DNA from: Planctomycetota bacterium
GTDB lineage: Bacteria; Planctomycetota; UBA1135; UBA2386
Length of the DNA stretch: 64,000 nt
Reading direction: 5' to 3'
Assembly: GCA_965228735.1 (NCBI GenBank)
Contig: OZ245838.1
Coordinates: 5,632,001-5,696,000 of the forward strand
Under the pieces are notes generated by a model. It was given only the letters and a program-made list of their open reading frames with translations. It was not told the origin of the DNA and ran no database searches. Both the position numbers and the translations under genes were made by a program. Positions 38,494 through 49,200 of this stretch are shown one piece after another (the stretch's first letter is position 1; every line of letters starts with the position of its first letter).

Positions 38494-40851
38494 ATGGACG
38501 GGGCGGTGGCCGGCCGCGACGAGTCGATCCGCAGCACGCTCGAGCAGTGGTTCGGGTTCTCGGAGCTGCGGCCGCTGCAACGCGAGGCGATCGACGCGGC
38601 GCTGGACGGTGCGGACGCGCTCGTCGTGATGCCGACGGGCGGGGGCAAGTCGCTGTGCTATCAGCTCCCGGCGCTCGTCCAGGATCGGCTCACGGTCGTC
38701 GTCTCGCCGCTGATCGCGCTGATGCAGGATCAGGTCGACGGGCTGCGCCTCAACGGCGTGCCGGCCGCCGCGTCGCACGGCAACCTCGACAGCAAGCAGC
38801 GCTCCGAGCTGCGCATGATGATGGACTCGGGCGAGCTGCGCCTGCTGTTCGTGGCGCCCGAGCGGCTGTTCTCGGACTGGTTCTTCGGTTGGCTGTGCGA
38901 GCAGGACGTCGGCGCGGTCGCGATCGATGAGGCGCACTGCATCAGCCAATGGGGGCACGACTTCCGACCCGAGTACCGCCGCATGGTGGAGCTGCGCGAA
39001 CGGTTGCCGAACGTGCCGTTCCAGGCCTATACCGCGACGGCGACGCCGCGCGTTCGGCAGGACATCATCGAGCAGCTGCACCTGCGGCAGCCACGCGTCC
39101 TCGTCGGCACGTTCGACCGCCCCGAGCTGACCTACCGCGTGCTGCCGCGCCAGAGCCTGACGTCGCAGGTGGCGGAGGCGATCGGTCGGCACGAGAACAG
39201 CGCTGCGATCGTGTACTGCATCGCGCGCAAGGACACGGAGAAGCTCGCGAGCGAGCTGCAGCAGCGCGGCATCGAGGCGCGCGCGTATCACGCCGGGCTC
39301 GGCGCGCGCGAACGCACGAAGATCAGCAGCGACTTCCGCGCCGAGAAGCTGCACGTCGTTTGCGCGACGGTCGCGTTCGGCATGGGCATCGACCGCAGCG
39401 ACGTGCGGCTCGTCGTGCACGCGGCGATGCCGAAGAGCCTCGAGCACTACCAGCAGGAGACCGGGCGCGCGGGTCGCGACGGGCTGCCGGCCGAGTGCCT
39501 GCTGCTCTACTCCAACGCCGACGGCGCGAAGTGGCGCACGGTGATGCAGCGCAGCAGCGCCGAGCTCGGTGGTGACGCCGAGGCACTGCAGGCGCAGTTC
39601 GATCTGCTGAGTCACATGCAGCGCTTCGCGGGGCTCGCGCGCTGTCGACATCAGACGCTCAGCGAGTACTTCGGGCAGGAGTACGAGGTCAGCGACGACG
39701 GCGGCTGCGGCGCATGCGACGTCTGCCTCGACGAACTCGAGAGCGTGCCGGACAGCACGGTGATGGCGCAGAAGATCCTGTCCGCGGTGTATCGCACGGG
39801 GCAGCGGTTCGGCCGCGCCTACGTGATCGATGTCCTGCGCGGCAGCAAGAGCGAGAAGGTCAGTCAGCGCGGGCACGACCGAATCCCGACGTTCGGCGTC
39901 TGCGCGGACGTGCCCGTGATGTTGCTCGGCAACTACGTCGATCAGCTCGTCGACCAGGGGGTGCTCGTGCGCAGCGAGGGCGAGTATCCGACGCTGTCGC
40001 TGGGGGCGCCCGCGGGCGACGTGCTGCGGGGCAACGAGGAGGTGCAGCTGCGGGTGCCCAAGGCGGCGCTGCAGGCGCGACCGCAGAAGCGCGGTAGGCG
40101 CAAGGGCCGGGGGGCGGCGAGCAGCGCGCCCGAGCTCGAGCTCACGCCCGCGGAGCGCGATCTGTTCGAAGAACTGCGATCCGTGCGCCGGCGCCTCGCG
40201 GGCGAGCTCGGCGTGCCGCCGTACGTCGTGTTCTCCGATGCGACCCTCGAGGACCTGGCGCATCGGCGACCGGCGAGTCCGAGCGCGTTCCTCGACTGCA
40301 AGGGTGTCGGGCCCAAGAAGCTCGAGTCGTTCGGCGCCGCGTTCCTCGGCGCGATCGCGGAGTACTGCGAAGGGCACGACCTCGCGCTCGGTGGCGACGG
40401 CCTGGCCGCGAACCTCGCCGCGGCAGTCGAAGCGACCGCGGTGTCCGAACCGGTGGCGTCCGAACCGACGGTGCACGTCGAGCCAGAACCCGGCGTGGCC
40501 GGTGCCAGCAGCGGTGGCCGCGGCGCCGCGCGCCTGCAGGCCGCCGAACTATTCGAGGCGGGCACGTCGATCGCGGAGGCCGTCACGCAGCTCGAACGCA
40601 CGACGAGCACGGTCGTGAAGTACCTCTGCGACTGGCTGCGCGCGACCAACGCCGACAGCATCGCGCCGTGGGTCGACCGCGACGTCCAGGAGGCCGTGCT
40701 GCACGCCGTCGCCGAGGTCGGCGACGACCGCCTGCTGCGCCCGATCTTCGATCACCTCGGCGGCGACGTCGACTACGAGTCGATCCGCATCGTTCTCGCG
40801 TTCCGCGATCTGGAACAGCGACGCGAAGCAGCGCGTGAGGCCGAGGGCTGA
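38494..40851 (+). CDS. recQ: ATP-dependent DNA helicase RecQ (RQC, HRDC, C-terminal HTH)
   Basis: [51 protein letters not shown], Zn cysteines, [12 protein letters not shown]. Alternative GTG start at 38476. Confidence 0.97.
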   Translation: MDGAVAGRDESIRSTLEQWFGFSELRPLQREAIDAALDGADALVVMPTGGGKSLCYQLPALVQDRLTVVVSPLIALMQDQVDGLRLNGVPAAASHGNLDSKQRSELRMMMDSGELRLLFVAPERLFSDWFFGWLCEQDVGAVAIDEAHCISQWGHDFRPEYRRMVELRERLPNVPFQAYTATATPRVRQDIIEQLHLRQPRVLVGTFDRPELTYRVLPRQSLTSQVAEAIGRHENSAAIVYCIARKDTEKLASELQQRGIEARAYHAGLGARERTKISSDFRAEKLHVVCATVAFGMGIDRSDVRLVVHAAMPKSLEHYQQETGRAGRDGLPAECLLLYSNADGAKWRTVMQRSSAELGGDAEALQAQFDLLSHMQRFAGLARCRHQTLSEYFGQEYEVSDDGGCGACDVCLDELESVPDSTVMAQKILSAVYRTGQRFGRAYVIDVLRGSKSEKVSQRGHDRIPTFGVCADVPVMLLGNYVDQLVDQGVLVRSEGEYPTLSLGAPAGDVLRGNEEVQLRVPKAALQARPQKRGRRKGRGAASSAPELELTPAERDLFEELRSVRRRLAGELGVPPYVVFSDATLEDLAHRRPASPSAFLDCKGVGPKKLESFGAAFLGAIAEYCEGHDLALGGDGLAANLAAAVEATAVSEPVASEPTVHVEPEPGVAGASSGGRGAARLQAAELFEAGTSIAEAVTQLERTTSTVVKYLCDWLRATNADSIAPWVDRDVQEAVLHAVAEVGDDRLLRPIFDHLGGDVDYESIRIVLAFRDLEQRREAAREAEG

Positions 40852-40906
40852 GCTGCATGCGGGTTCGGCATCGGCATGGACACTGTGAGCTGTTAGAATC
40901 GCGGCC

Positions 40907-41146
40907 GTGCCGAGGCCGAACGTCGAGAAAGCAACCGAGCTGACCCCGGCGCAGAAGCTCGAGGCGTCACTCGCGATGTTCTCGTACGGTTGCGACATGA
41001 TGCGCCAGACCTTGCGACGGTCGCATCCCGGCAAGGGCGATGCGTTCATCGAGGAGCGTCTCCTCGAGTGGCTGCGGACGCGGCCCGGCGCGGAGCATGG
41101 CGATGGGGTCGGGCGACCCGGAACGTGGCCGCGCCGCGATGGATGA
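40907..41146 (+). CDS. menA: MenA1-like antitoxin
   Basis: AQKL...L.M...G..M.R..L.R..P......IE.....W..TRPGAE.GD..G matches my recollection of M. tuberculosis Rv0078B. Confidence 0.8.
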   Translation: MPRPNVEKATELTPAQKLEASLAMFSYGCDMMRQTLRRSHPGKGDAFIEERLLEWLRTRPGAEHGDGVGRPGTWPRRDG

Positions 41147-41152
41147 ACTGCG

Positions 41153-41749
41153 ATGGATGAACTATTGGCGCGGGTTGCCGCCGACTTCTCGGCGTGCGAG
41201 GTCAGATATGCCGTGGTAGGCGGCCACGCGGTTTCCGCGCGAACGGAGCCGCGGTTTACGCGCGATCTGGACTTCGCGGTAGCGGTCGCCGACGACAGCG
41301 AGGCTGAAGCGCTCGTCAACCTGCTGGGCACCCATGGCTACCGCGTCGTCGCCTTGCTCGAGCAGGAAGCGACCGGTCGGCTCGCCACCGTGCGACTCGA
41401 GCACTCGACCGCCCCCGGCGTCGCGGTGGACCTGTTGTTTGCAACGGCGGGGGTGGAGCCGGAGCTCGTTGCAGCGGCCACGCCACTTCAGGTTCTGGCT
41501 GGCGTGGAGTTGCCCGTGGCATCGGTCGGCCATCTGCTTGCGTTGAAGACACTGTCCATGGACGAGAAGCGGCGCCCGCAAGATCGCAGCGATATCGCCG
41601 CTCTGCTGCGAATCGCCAGTGACGAGGACCTGCACGTTGCGACGAGTGCGCTGACGTTGATGACGGACCGCGGGTGCGATCGTGGGCGGGATCTCCAAGG
41701 TGCCTTGGCACGGCTGCGAGCGGACCTCGCGGCTGACGACGGCGCCTGA
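41153..41749 (+). CDS. menT: MenT1-like nucleotidyltransferase toxin (AbiEii/DUF1814 superfamily)
   Basis: VGG.AVSAR.EPRFTRDLD, RLATVRL, VDLLFA..G.EPE, HLLALK, RRPQDRSD; matches my recollection of Rv0078A. Confidence 0.85.
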   Translation: MDELLARVAADFSACEVRYAVVGGHAVSARTEPRFTRDLDFAVAVADDSEAEALVNLLGTHGYRVVALLEQEATGRLATVRLEHSTAPGVAVDLLFATAGVEPELVAAATPLQVLAGVELPVASVGHLLALKTLSMDEKRRPQDRSDIAALLRIASDEDLHVATSALTLMTDRGCDRGRDLQGALARLRADLAADDGA

Positions 41750-41824
41750 GGCGGCCGGCTGCAATCGGCGGGAATCGGGAGTGTTCTGGCGGTCGAGCGC
41801 CGTTGCTGCCGCTGTGGCGGTGTC

Positions 41825-43039
41825 ATGAACTCCCGTCGATTCGCTCTTCTGGCCCTCCCGCTGCTCTGCATGCTCCAGGCCTGTCCGCCGACCGATCCTG
41901 GACCGGAGGTCCAGCCGGCGCCGCCACCGCCGCCGACGGAGAAGCCGATCACCGAGGCGATCGAGATCACGCTGAACGGGCCCGAGATGCGGTTCTGCTG
42001 TGACCCGAGCAAGCCGTTCCCGCAGGTCGTCGGGACGATCACGGTTACGAACACGAACACCGACTCGCAGACCGACGCGATCAACGTGTTCATCAACCTC
42101 GATGCCGGCCGCACGGACAACGTCGACACCCGGCCGAGCCTCGCGGTCCTTCGCAGTGGCCAGAGTCAGACGTTCGAGGTCGTGGCCAACACCTGTGACT
42201 TCGAGTCCGAGAGCATGCTGATCGAGACCGGTTATGCGAGCGCCGGCATCGAGCACACGCAGAACCTCACGGTCAACAACGCCTGTCCCGGCGGCTCGGC
42301 CACGGCGCAGACGCTACTCGCGCTCTATGGTGCCTCGCAGATCCTGCCGCTGTTCCACGAGTCGTTCGTCCTCGCGGCGATCGGCGCGGTGGTGCAGCAC
42401 TCCTCGGTGAACGTGCCGCCCGCGTTGATCGCGTGGCTGTTCGCCGAGATCACGGGCTACGGCGCGTTCGGCGTCTCGCTCACGGCGGCGCAGGTCGCGG
42501 CCGCGTTCTCGGCGACGAACGACAACCCGACGTTCCCCGAGGGCCAGGGCCCCGAAGGATTCACGATCCACCCGGACATCTCGACGCCGATGAGCGCCGG
42601 CGGTTTCGTCGTCGTCTACCAGGTCGTCGATGAACCCATCCCGCTCGCGGACCCGCAGCGGCACTTCCAGTATGGCTTCGTGTTCGACAGCGACGGCAAC
42701 ACGTTCAACAACTACACGCCGCCGGCGGCGTTCGACAACGACTTCTTCCGCGACACGGACCGCTGGTACGCCGTGACCTACTCGCCACAGGCGGGCTGGA
42801 GCCTCGCGGTCACCGACGCGACGAACGGCAACCTCACCGCGGTCGCGAGCGCGGCGCGGGTCATCATCCGCGACAACACGATGCTGCTGGTCGTGCCCGT
42901 GACCGAGTTCGCGGTGCCGAACCCGGCCTATCGCGTGACGTCGTTCGCGCACAACGGCGACTGGGGGCTCAACCCGCCGCACACGTGGTCGGGCGACCCG
43001 ACGCCGACGGTGCACGAACCGCTCGCGACGTTCCAGTAG
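41825..43039 (+). CDS. Lipoprotein of unknown function
   Basis: LLCMLQA-C followed by a Pro-rich linker; beta-rich body. Confidence 0.8.
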   Translation: MNSRRFALLALPLLCMLQACPPTDPGPEVQPAPPPPPTEKPITEAIEITLNGPEMRFCCDPSKPFPQVVGTITVTNTNTDSQTDAINVFINLDAGRTDNVDTRPSLAVLRSGQSQTFEVVANTCDFESESMLIETGYASAGIEHTQNLTVNNACPGGSATAQTLLALYGASQILPLFHESFVLAAIGAVVQHSSVNVPPALIAWLFAEITGYGAFGVSLTAAQVAAAFSATNDNPTFPEGQGPEGFTIHPDISTPMSAGGFVVVYQVVDEPIPLADPQRHFQYGFVFDSDGNTFNNYTPPAAFDNDFFRDTDRWYAVTYSPQAGWSLAVTDATNGNLTAVASAARVIIRDNTMLLVVPVTEFAVPNPAYRVTSFAHNGDWGLNPPHTWSGDPTPTVHEPLATFQ

Positions 43040-43040
43040 G

Positions 43041-43064
43041 GCCGGGCGCCTGATGGCGCCCGGC
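43041..43064. terminator. Hairpin between convergent genes
   Basis: gccgggcgcc-tgat-ggcgcccggc. Confidence 0.6.
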
Positions 43065-43090
43065 TAGTGCTAGCTATGCACGGCCGCCGG

Positions 43091-45952
43091 TCAGTTGCCG
43101 ACGGTGGCGCGGCCGGCGCCCGAGACCACGATGCCGAGGGCGTTCGCGGCGTCGATGACGGCCCACTGGTGGAACAGCTGCACGCCGACGAGGCCCGTCG
43201 CGTTCGGCACCGCGAAGGTGCCGGCGGCCGTGCCGCTGCCCGACGTGAAGATCAGCTGCGTCGAATCGGCCGACACGAGCAGATCACAGCCCGGCGCGTT
43301 CGGCAGCGGTGCCGGCAGCGACTGACCCTGGTAGGTCGTGTCCGACAGGCCCGTGACCAGGAACGCGCCGCTCGTGGCGACGGCATCGCTCAGCGTGACG
43401 TCGTACGAGCTGCCGAGGATCGGCAGGCCGGCGTTGCCGAGCGCCGGCGTCTCGAACGTCGGGCCACCGTTGCAGGTGACGCGCCACGACGGGTTTGCCA
43501 CGAGCTGCGACTGCGTCCACGTGGGCGTCGCCGCATCGCGCCAGAAGCCGACGCCGCCGTTGCCGCTGTTGAGCGTCGAGATGACGACGTTCTGCGCGGA
43601 GCTGTCGAGGCCGACGTAGAACGTGCCCGTCACGTTCACCGGTGCCGCGAACGTCGCGGTGTAGAAGCCGGCCGTCGGGCCGACCTGGATCGTCGTGCTC
43701 GCGACCGGGGTCGGCGACGGGGCGTTGCCGCTGCTGGCGTAGATGTGCGCGGGCGCGCTCACCGTGCCGCCGGTCGACTGGGTGAAGATGTCGAAGCTCA
43801 GGACCTGCACCGCACCCGTGTTGACGACGCGGTAGCAGTATTCGTTGTCGCGGGTCGCGCCCGAGAGCGCGCCGCCGTTGGGATTGAGCTCCGCGCAGTA
43901 GGTCGTGCCGACGACCGTGCCCGGGCAACCCTGCCCGAAGGCGGCGAACTGCGCGAACACCGGCAGCTGGCCCGTGCCGCCCGAGACCACGAGGCCGTAG
44001 TCGGCGTCGACGCCCGGCGTCTCGAGGTGGTTGTCGGCCACGACCGCGGTCGCGATGACCTCGACCGTCCAGACGCCGGCAGCCGGGTTCTGGACGAACA
44101 CGCACTCGATCGGGTTGATCCCGTCCTCGCTGCCGCCCGGCACCGACCAGTTGCCCTGCTCGAGGCCGTTGTTGCCCCAGTAGACCGTGTTGTCGGGCGC
44201 GGTGACGCGCAGCGACAGGTTGTTGATCAGCGTGATCGCGGCGGCCGGGTTCCCGGCCGGCTCGGCGTAGTGCAGCACCGTCTTGAGCGCCGTTTCACCC
44301 TGCGCGACCGTGATGTTCCACGTGCGCGTCTGACCCTGAGTCAGAACGTCCTGCTCGTCGATGATGAAGGTCCTGTCGCGCAGGTCCCACATCGTCTGCA
44401 GGTTGGGGAAGCCCCACCCGACGTGCTCGCGCCGGTTGTCGGTGCTCGCCGCGTTGAACGCGTACTGCCGCGCGCTCGCGACCTGCAGCGCCTTCAGCGT
44501 CGTGAAGTGCGGCCGGTTGCTGTGGGCGCTGCCGCCCGGGTTGCGCAGCGGGTTGCCGAAGATGCCGAAGCCCGGGTTGCTCGAGTCATCGGTGAACATC
44601 TCGATCGCGAGCGTGTTGTGGCCCGCGACGATCGGCGTTGCACCCGAAGTGCCGCCGAAGCCCGACGTCCAGTTGCCGGACGAGTAGCCGGCCGAGCCCG
44701 TGAGGTCGGACGTGCCGATGCCGTCGTAGTACGCGGACAGCGTCGGCTTGATGCGGCCGTCGGCCGCCGGACCGGTGCTGCCACTGCCGCTCCAGCTGTC
44801 GTCGAGCGGGTTGCTGTTGTTCTGGTGACGAACGCCACCGATCGAGAAGATGTTCTTCGCCCAGGCCTGCGGTCGGCTGTCCTGGTTGCCCGCGTTGCTC
44901 TGGCTCTGCGTCCACGAGATGTCGTGATCGAAGATGATGTCATCGGTCTCGGCCGAGACCGACGTGTAGAAGAACGTGCGTCCGCCGCCCCACGAGGCCG
45001 TCGTGTGGCTCACGTCGTGGATGTTCACGAGGTCGCTGACGACCTGCCAGCGCGAGCCGCTGACGCTGCCGTTGTTGGTGTAGAACTTGCCGGCGTCGGG
45101 CGCCATGCCGCGAACGGCCGGGTTGCTCGTGCCGTCGCCGAACACGATGCCCGCGGTCGCGTGGCCGTGCGACGATGCGGCACCGCCGCTGCGCACGTTG
45201 GTCACGAAGCTGTTGAAGTCCTGGTGACCGGCCTCGATGCCTTCGTAGATGTGCGTGTTGACGCCGACCCCGGTGTAGCCGCCCTGCGTTTCGACGTAGT
45301 TGCCGCCGCCCTGGATGCGGGCGTTGTCCATGTCGAACTCGTCGGGCGACCACGCGTCGATCCAGAGCACCTGGTCGAGCTGCGCCACCGCCAGCAGCTG
45401 CGCCTTGTTGAGCGTCGCGGAGAACAGGAGGCTGCCCGTGTGCTCGTCGTTCACGGTGCCGCCGAGTGCTCTGATGTGGGCCGCGAGCGCCGGCTTGTCG
45501 TTGTGCTTGTCGACGACGACCATGTTGTAGCGGGCCTGCTCGACGTCACCCTCGAGGCTGGCGATGAGCGCCGGGTCGAGGCGGTAGGCCGGGTGGTAGT
45601 GACCGACCCAGCGCACCTGCGGCAGCGCGCGCACGGGCTCGGTGCTGCTGTGGCTCATGCGCACGACGTACGCGTTGTCGGGCAGGTAGCCGTGCACCTC
45701 CACGTTGGTTTCGGCGAGGCCGTTGCGGTCGGCCTGCGTCGGCGTGCCGTCGAACTGCACGATCCAGAGGCGGCTGCTCGAGTTCGCCGTCAGCGCGGCC
45801 GGCAGCGCCGGTTCGCCCGCGAGCGGATCGAAGTTCTCGTAGCGCAGGTGCAGGCGCGACGATTCGCTCTGGTCCTGGGCGATGGCGGGAAGGGAGAAAA
45901 GGAGACCAGCGGCGCACGTGATGAGTGCGCCCGGAGTCTTGGCGTGATGCAT
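43091..45952 (-). CDS. Secreted S8 subtilase (Glu-His-Ser variant) with the shared C-terminal domain
   Basis: Signal peptide ...AIA-Q; prodomain; HIYEGIE..H, HGHATAG, SNAGN, DGRIKP, GGTSGATP; C-terminus NAPGCDLLV...VPNATGLVGVQLFHQWAVIDAANALG. Confidence 0.92.
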   Translation of the reverse strand: MHHAKTPGALITCAAGLLFSLPAIAQDQSESSRLHLRYENFDPLAGEPALPAALTANSSSRLWIVQFDGTPTQADRNGLAETNVEVHGYLPDNAYVVRMSHSSTEPVRALPQVRWVGHYHPAYRLDPALIASLEGDVEQARYNMVVVDKHNDKPALAAHIRALGGTVNDEHTGSLLFSATLNKAQLLAVAQLDQVLWIDAWSPDEFDMDNARIQGGGNYVETQGGYTGVGVNTHIYEGIEAGHQDFNSFVTNVRSGGAASSHGHATAGIVFGDGTSNPAVRGMAPDAGKFYTNNGSVSGSRWQVVSDLVNIHDVSHTTASWGGGRTFFYTSVSAETDDIIFDHDISWTQSQSNAGNQDSRPQAWAKNIFSIGGVRHQNNSNPLDDSWSGSGSTGPAADGRIKPTLSAYYDGIGTSDLTGSAGYSSGNWTSGFGGTSGATPIVAGHNTLAIEMFTDDSSNPGFGIFGNPLRNPGGSAHSNRPHFTTLKALQVASARQYAFNAASTDNRREHVGWGFPNLQTMWDLRDRTFIIDEQDVLTQGQTRTWNITVAQGETALKTVLHYAEPAGNPAAAITLINNLSLRVTAPDNTVYWGNNGLEQGNWSVPGGSEDGINPIECVFVQNPAAGVWTVEVIATAVVADNHLETPGVDADYGLVVSGGTGQLPVFAQFAAFGQGCPGTVVGTTYCAELNPNGGALSGATRDNEYCYRVVNTGAVQVLSFDIFTQSTGGTVSAPAHIYASSGNAPSPTPVASTTIQVGPTAGFYTATFAAPVNVTGTFYVGLDSSAQNVVISTLNSGNGGVGFWRDAATPTWTQSQLVANPSWRVTCNGGPTFETPALGNAGLPILGSSYDVTLSDAVATSGAFLVTGLSDTTYQGQSLPAPLPNAPGCDLLVSADSTQLIFTSGSGTAAGTFAVPNATGLVGVQLFHQWAVIDAANALGIVVSGAGRATVGN

Positions 45953-46283
45953 GTAACTCGGGGTGGGGCAGCAGCGAGGGGAGGCGGCACAATCCTACCG
46001 CTCCGACGCGGAGTGCAACCCCGGAAGATCACCGCTAGCGGTCTGGCGAAAGTGCCAATGCTCAGTGCCGAATGACCCGCCCCGACCGCGACCCGCCCAT
46101 CGCAGGCGGCGATCGGGGGGCTCGATCGCTCGAGCCCAGGTTCGTTCGGATCGGATGGGAAACTCGTCGCGCGCGGCGGCCAAACGGCCACACCGGTCAC
46201 GAACTCTGCTCAACTGGCCCGCTGCCCCATCCGGTAGTCGGCCGTTTCCTCACATCACCACACCACTCCTCGAGACCCAATCC

Positions 46284-49200
46284 ATGCGACTCGTCTTCGC
46301 GCGCTCCGCTGCTGGAGCTCTCTGCTTTCTGACTCCCGTGCTTGCCCAGAACGGTGACCGGGTCGTCGGCGAGGTGTTCGATTCGACCGGCGGCGGTCAA
46401 GTACGCACGCCGGCCGTCGACCACCGCCTGATGCTCGGCTACGGCGTCTTCGATCCGCTCGCCGGAGCCCCGCCGGTGTCGGCCGAACTGTCGGCCCGCG
46501 CGGACGTCGGCCTCTTCATCGTTCAGTTCGGTTACGCGTGCATCGACGCGGATCGTCGAGCGTTGCGCGACGCGGGCGCGAAGCTCGTGTCGTCGCTGCC
46601 GCACAACGCGCTGATCGTGCGCATGGGGGCGGAGCAGATGGCCGCCGTTGCGCGCACCGACGGCGTGCGCTGGGTGGGACCGTACCACCCGGCCTACCGC
46701 CTCGAAGGCGATCTGCTGACCGCGATCGCGGCCGCCGCGCCGATGCCGGTGCGGGGCTACAACCTGGTCATGGCGGACAAGGTCAACGACAAGGCCGCGC
46801 TGGCGCGCAAGATCGCTGCGGTAGGAGGCAAGGTCACGGATCGCCACGACCGCGGCCTGCTGATGACCGCCGAACTCTCGAAGGAGCAGCTCATCGCGGT
46901 GGCGCGCTTCGACGAGGTCCTCTGGATCGATCGCGAGACGGCGCCCGAGCTCGACATGGACAACGCCCGCATCGTGCAGGGCAGCAACTACATCGAGACC
47001 GCTGCTGGCTACACGGGTGCAGGTCTCGGCAGCGGCCGCATTCGCGGTCACGTCTACGAAGGCGTCGAGTTCAACCATCCCGACTTCACCGTCCCGATGA
47101 CGAACGTTCGTAGCGGCGGCCAGGCGCAGGCTCACGGTCACTGCACCGCTGGCATCGTGTTCGGCAACGGCACGAGCGCGCCGCAGGCTCGTGGGCATGC
47201 CCCGGGTGCGCAGGGCTTCTACACGACCTTCACGACCGTCACCGCCGGCTTCTCGCGCAACATGGTCATCGACGACGTCGTCAACGTGCACAACTGCCTG
47301 TTCACGACCGCGTCGTGGGGCAATGCGCGCACGACGGTGTACAACTCGATCTCGGCGGACGCGGACGACATCGTCTTCGACCATCGCATCCCGTGGACGC
47401 AGAGCCAGTCCAACTCCGGCAACCAGGAGAGTCGGCCGCAGGCGTGGGCGAAGAACGTCTTCTCGATCGGCGGCATGCGCCACAACGACAACGCCGATCC
47501 GACCGATGACTTCTGGGGCGGCGGCGCCTCGACCGGTCCGGCGGCCGACGGCCGCATCAAGCCGGACCTCTGCAACTTCTACGACGACGTGTGGACGTCG
47601 GACCTCACGGGCTCGGCCGGCTACGCCAGCGGCAACTCGTTCCAGAGCTTCGGCGGCACATCGGCCGCGACGCCGATCACCGCCGGTCTGAACGCGCTCG
47701 CGATCGAGATGTACACGGACCACATCCTGTGCAACCCGCCGCGCGTTCATGGTGGCTCGGACTTCGAGAACCGTCCGTACGCGCAGACGCTCAAGGCTCT
47801 GATGATCGCCAACGCGTCGCTATATCCGTGGGGTTCGGGGGTCGGCCAGTCGATCCGCAGCGTCCAGGGCTGGGGCTACGGCAACGTCCGCACGATCTAC
47901 GACAACCGGGCGCGAATGATGATCATCCCGGAGGACAAGCCCATCCAGCAGGGACAGACGCACACGTACTTCATCGACGTCGCGCCCGGCACGCCGATCC
48001 TCAAGGTCTGCATGAGCTACCTCGATCCGGCGGGTTCGCCGGCCGCTGCACTCGCGCGGGTCAACGACCTCACGCTCGAGGTCACGCAACCGAACGGCGT
48101 CGACTACTGGGGCAACGCCGGTCTGCGGACCAGCAACCAGTCGTCGAGTGCCGGTGGCGCGGACAACGTCGACACCGTCGAGTGCGTCATTCGCGCGAAT
48201 CCGATGCCGGGCATGTGGCGGATCGACGTCACCGCGCCGCTGATCGCGCAGGATGCGCACGTCGCGACGGCGGCGGCCGACGCGACCTACGCTCTCGTCG
48301 CCGCCGGCGGCGCGCGGACCTACGACAGCTGTGCCCGCACGATCCCGGACGACTCGCCGGCCTCCGGCACCGTGAACGTGATCCCGTTCGGCTCGACGAC
48401 GCCGGCGCTTCTGAGCGGCACGTTCGCGACCAACAACGGAGGTTCGGTCGGCGGCGCGGTCTACTTCGACCTCGCTGTCACCAACGACCTCTTCTGGAAC
48501 GGCATCGATCTCAACACGGGCATCGGCGCGGGCACGAACATCCAGCTCGACGTCTACACCCGCATCGGCACGCACGTCGGCAACGAGGGCAGCATGGCCG
48601 GCTGGACGGCGCGCACCGCCGGTCTCGGCGTGGCGGCGGCTTCGGACTCGCCGAGCAAGGTCGACTTCAACGCGCCGCTCTCCATGAACGGCGGCACGAC
48701 CTACGGCGTCGCGATCGTGGCGCGCAACTTCGACCACGACTACACGAACGGCGCGAACGTCTTCGCCGACGCCAACCTTACGATGACGACGGGCTCGGCC
48801 GCGAACGTGCCGTTCACCGGGAGCCCGTTCACGCCGCGTTCCGCGAACCTGAACATCCGTTACCGGCCGGATCAGAGCGCCTGGCACAATCAGCGCTACC
48901 AGACGGTGTTGCGCTGTCAGGATCTCGGTCCGGCCGGCTCGATCACGGGGCTGTCGTTCGCGCCAACGGTGACGACCAGGCACCTGAATCGTCGGTTGCG
49001 GATCCGGATGGTGCACCGGCCAGCCGGTTACGAACTGTCGAACACGTTCGCGACCAACATCGCGGGCGGACAGGACGTGCTCGACGAACTCGACTACGTG
49101 TGGCACACGACGGCCGACGTCTGGAACGAGATCGGGCTGACGAGTCCGTTCGCCTACAACGGCACGGACGACGTCGTGATCGAGATCCTGGCGCGCGGCA

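Noticed and set aside
43067..46075. 1002-aa plus-strand ORF and similar long antisense ORFs (16911-19601, 49778-52489, 35492-37675, 38392-40476)
   Set aside because: Arg/Ala-rich shadow frames opposite well-supported genes, as expected at this GC content.
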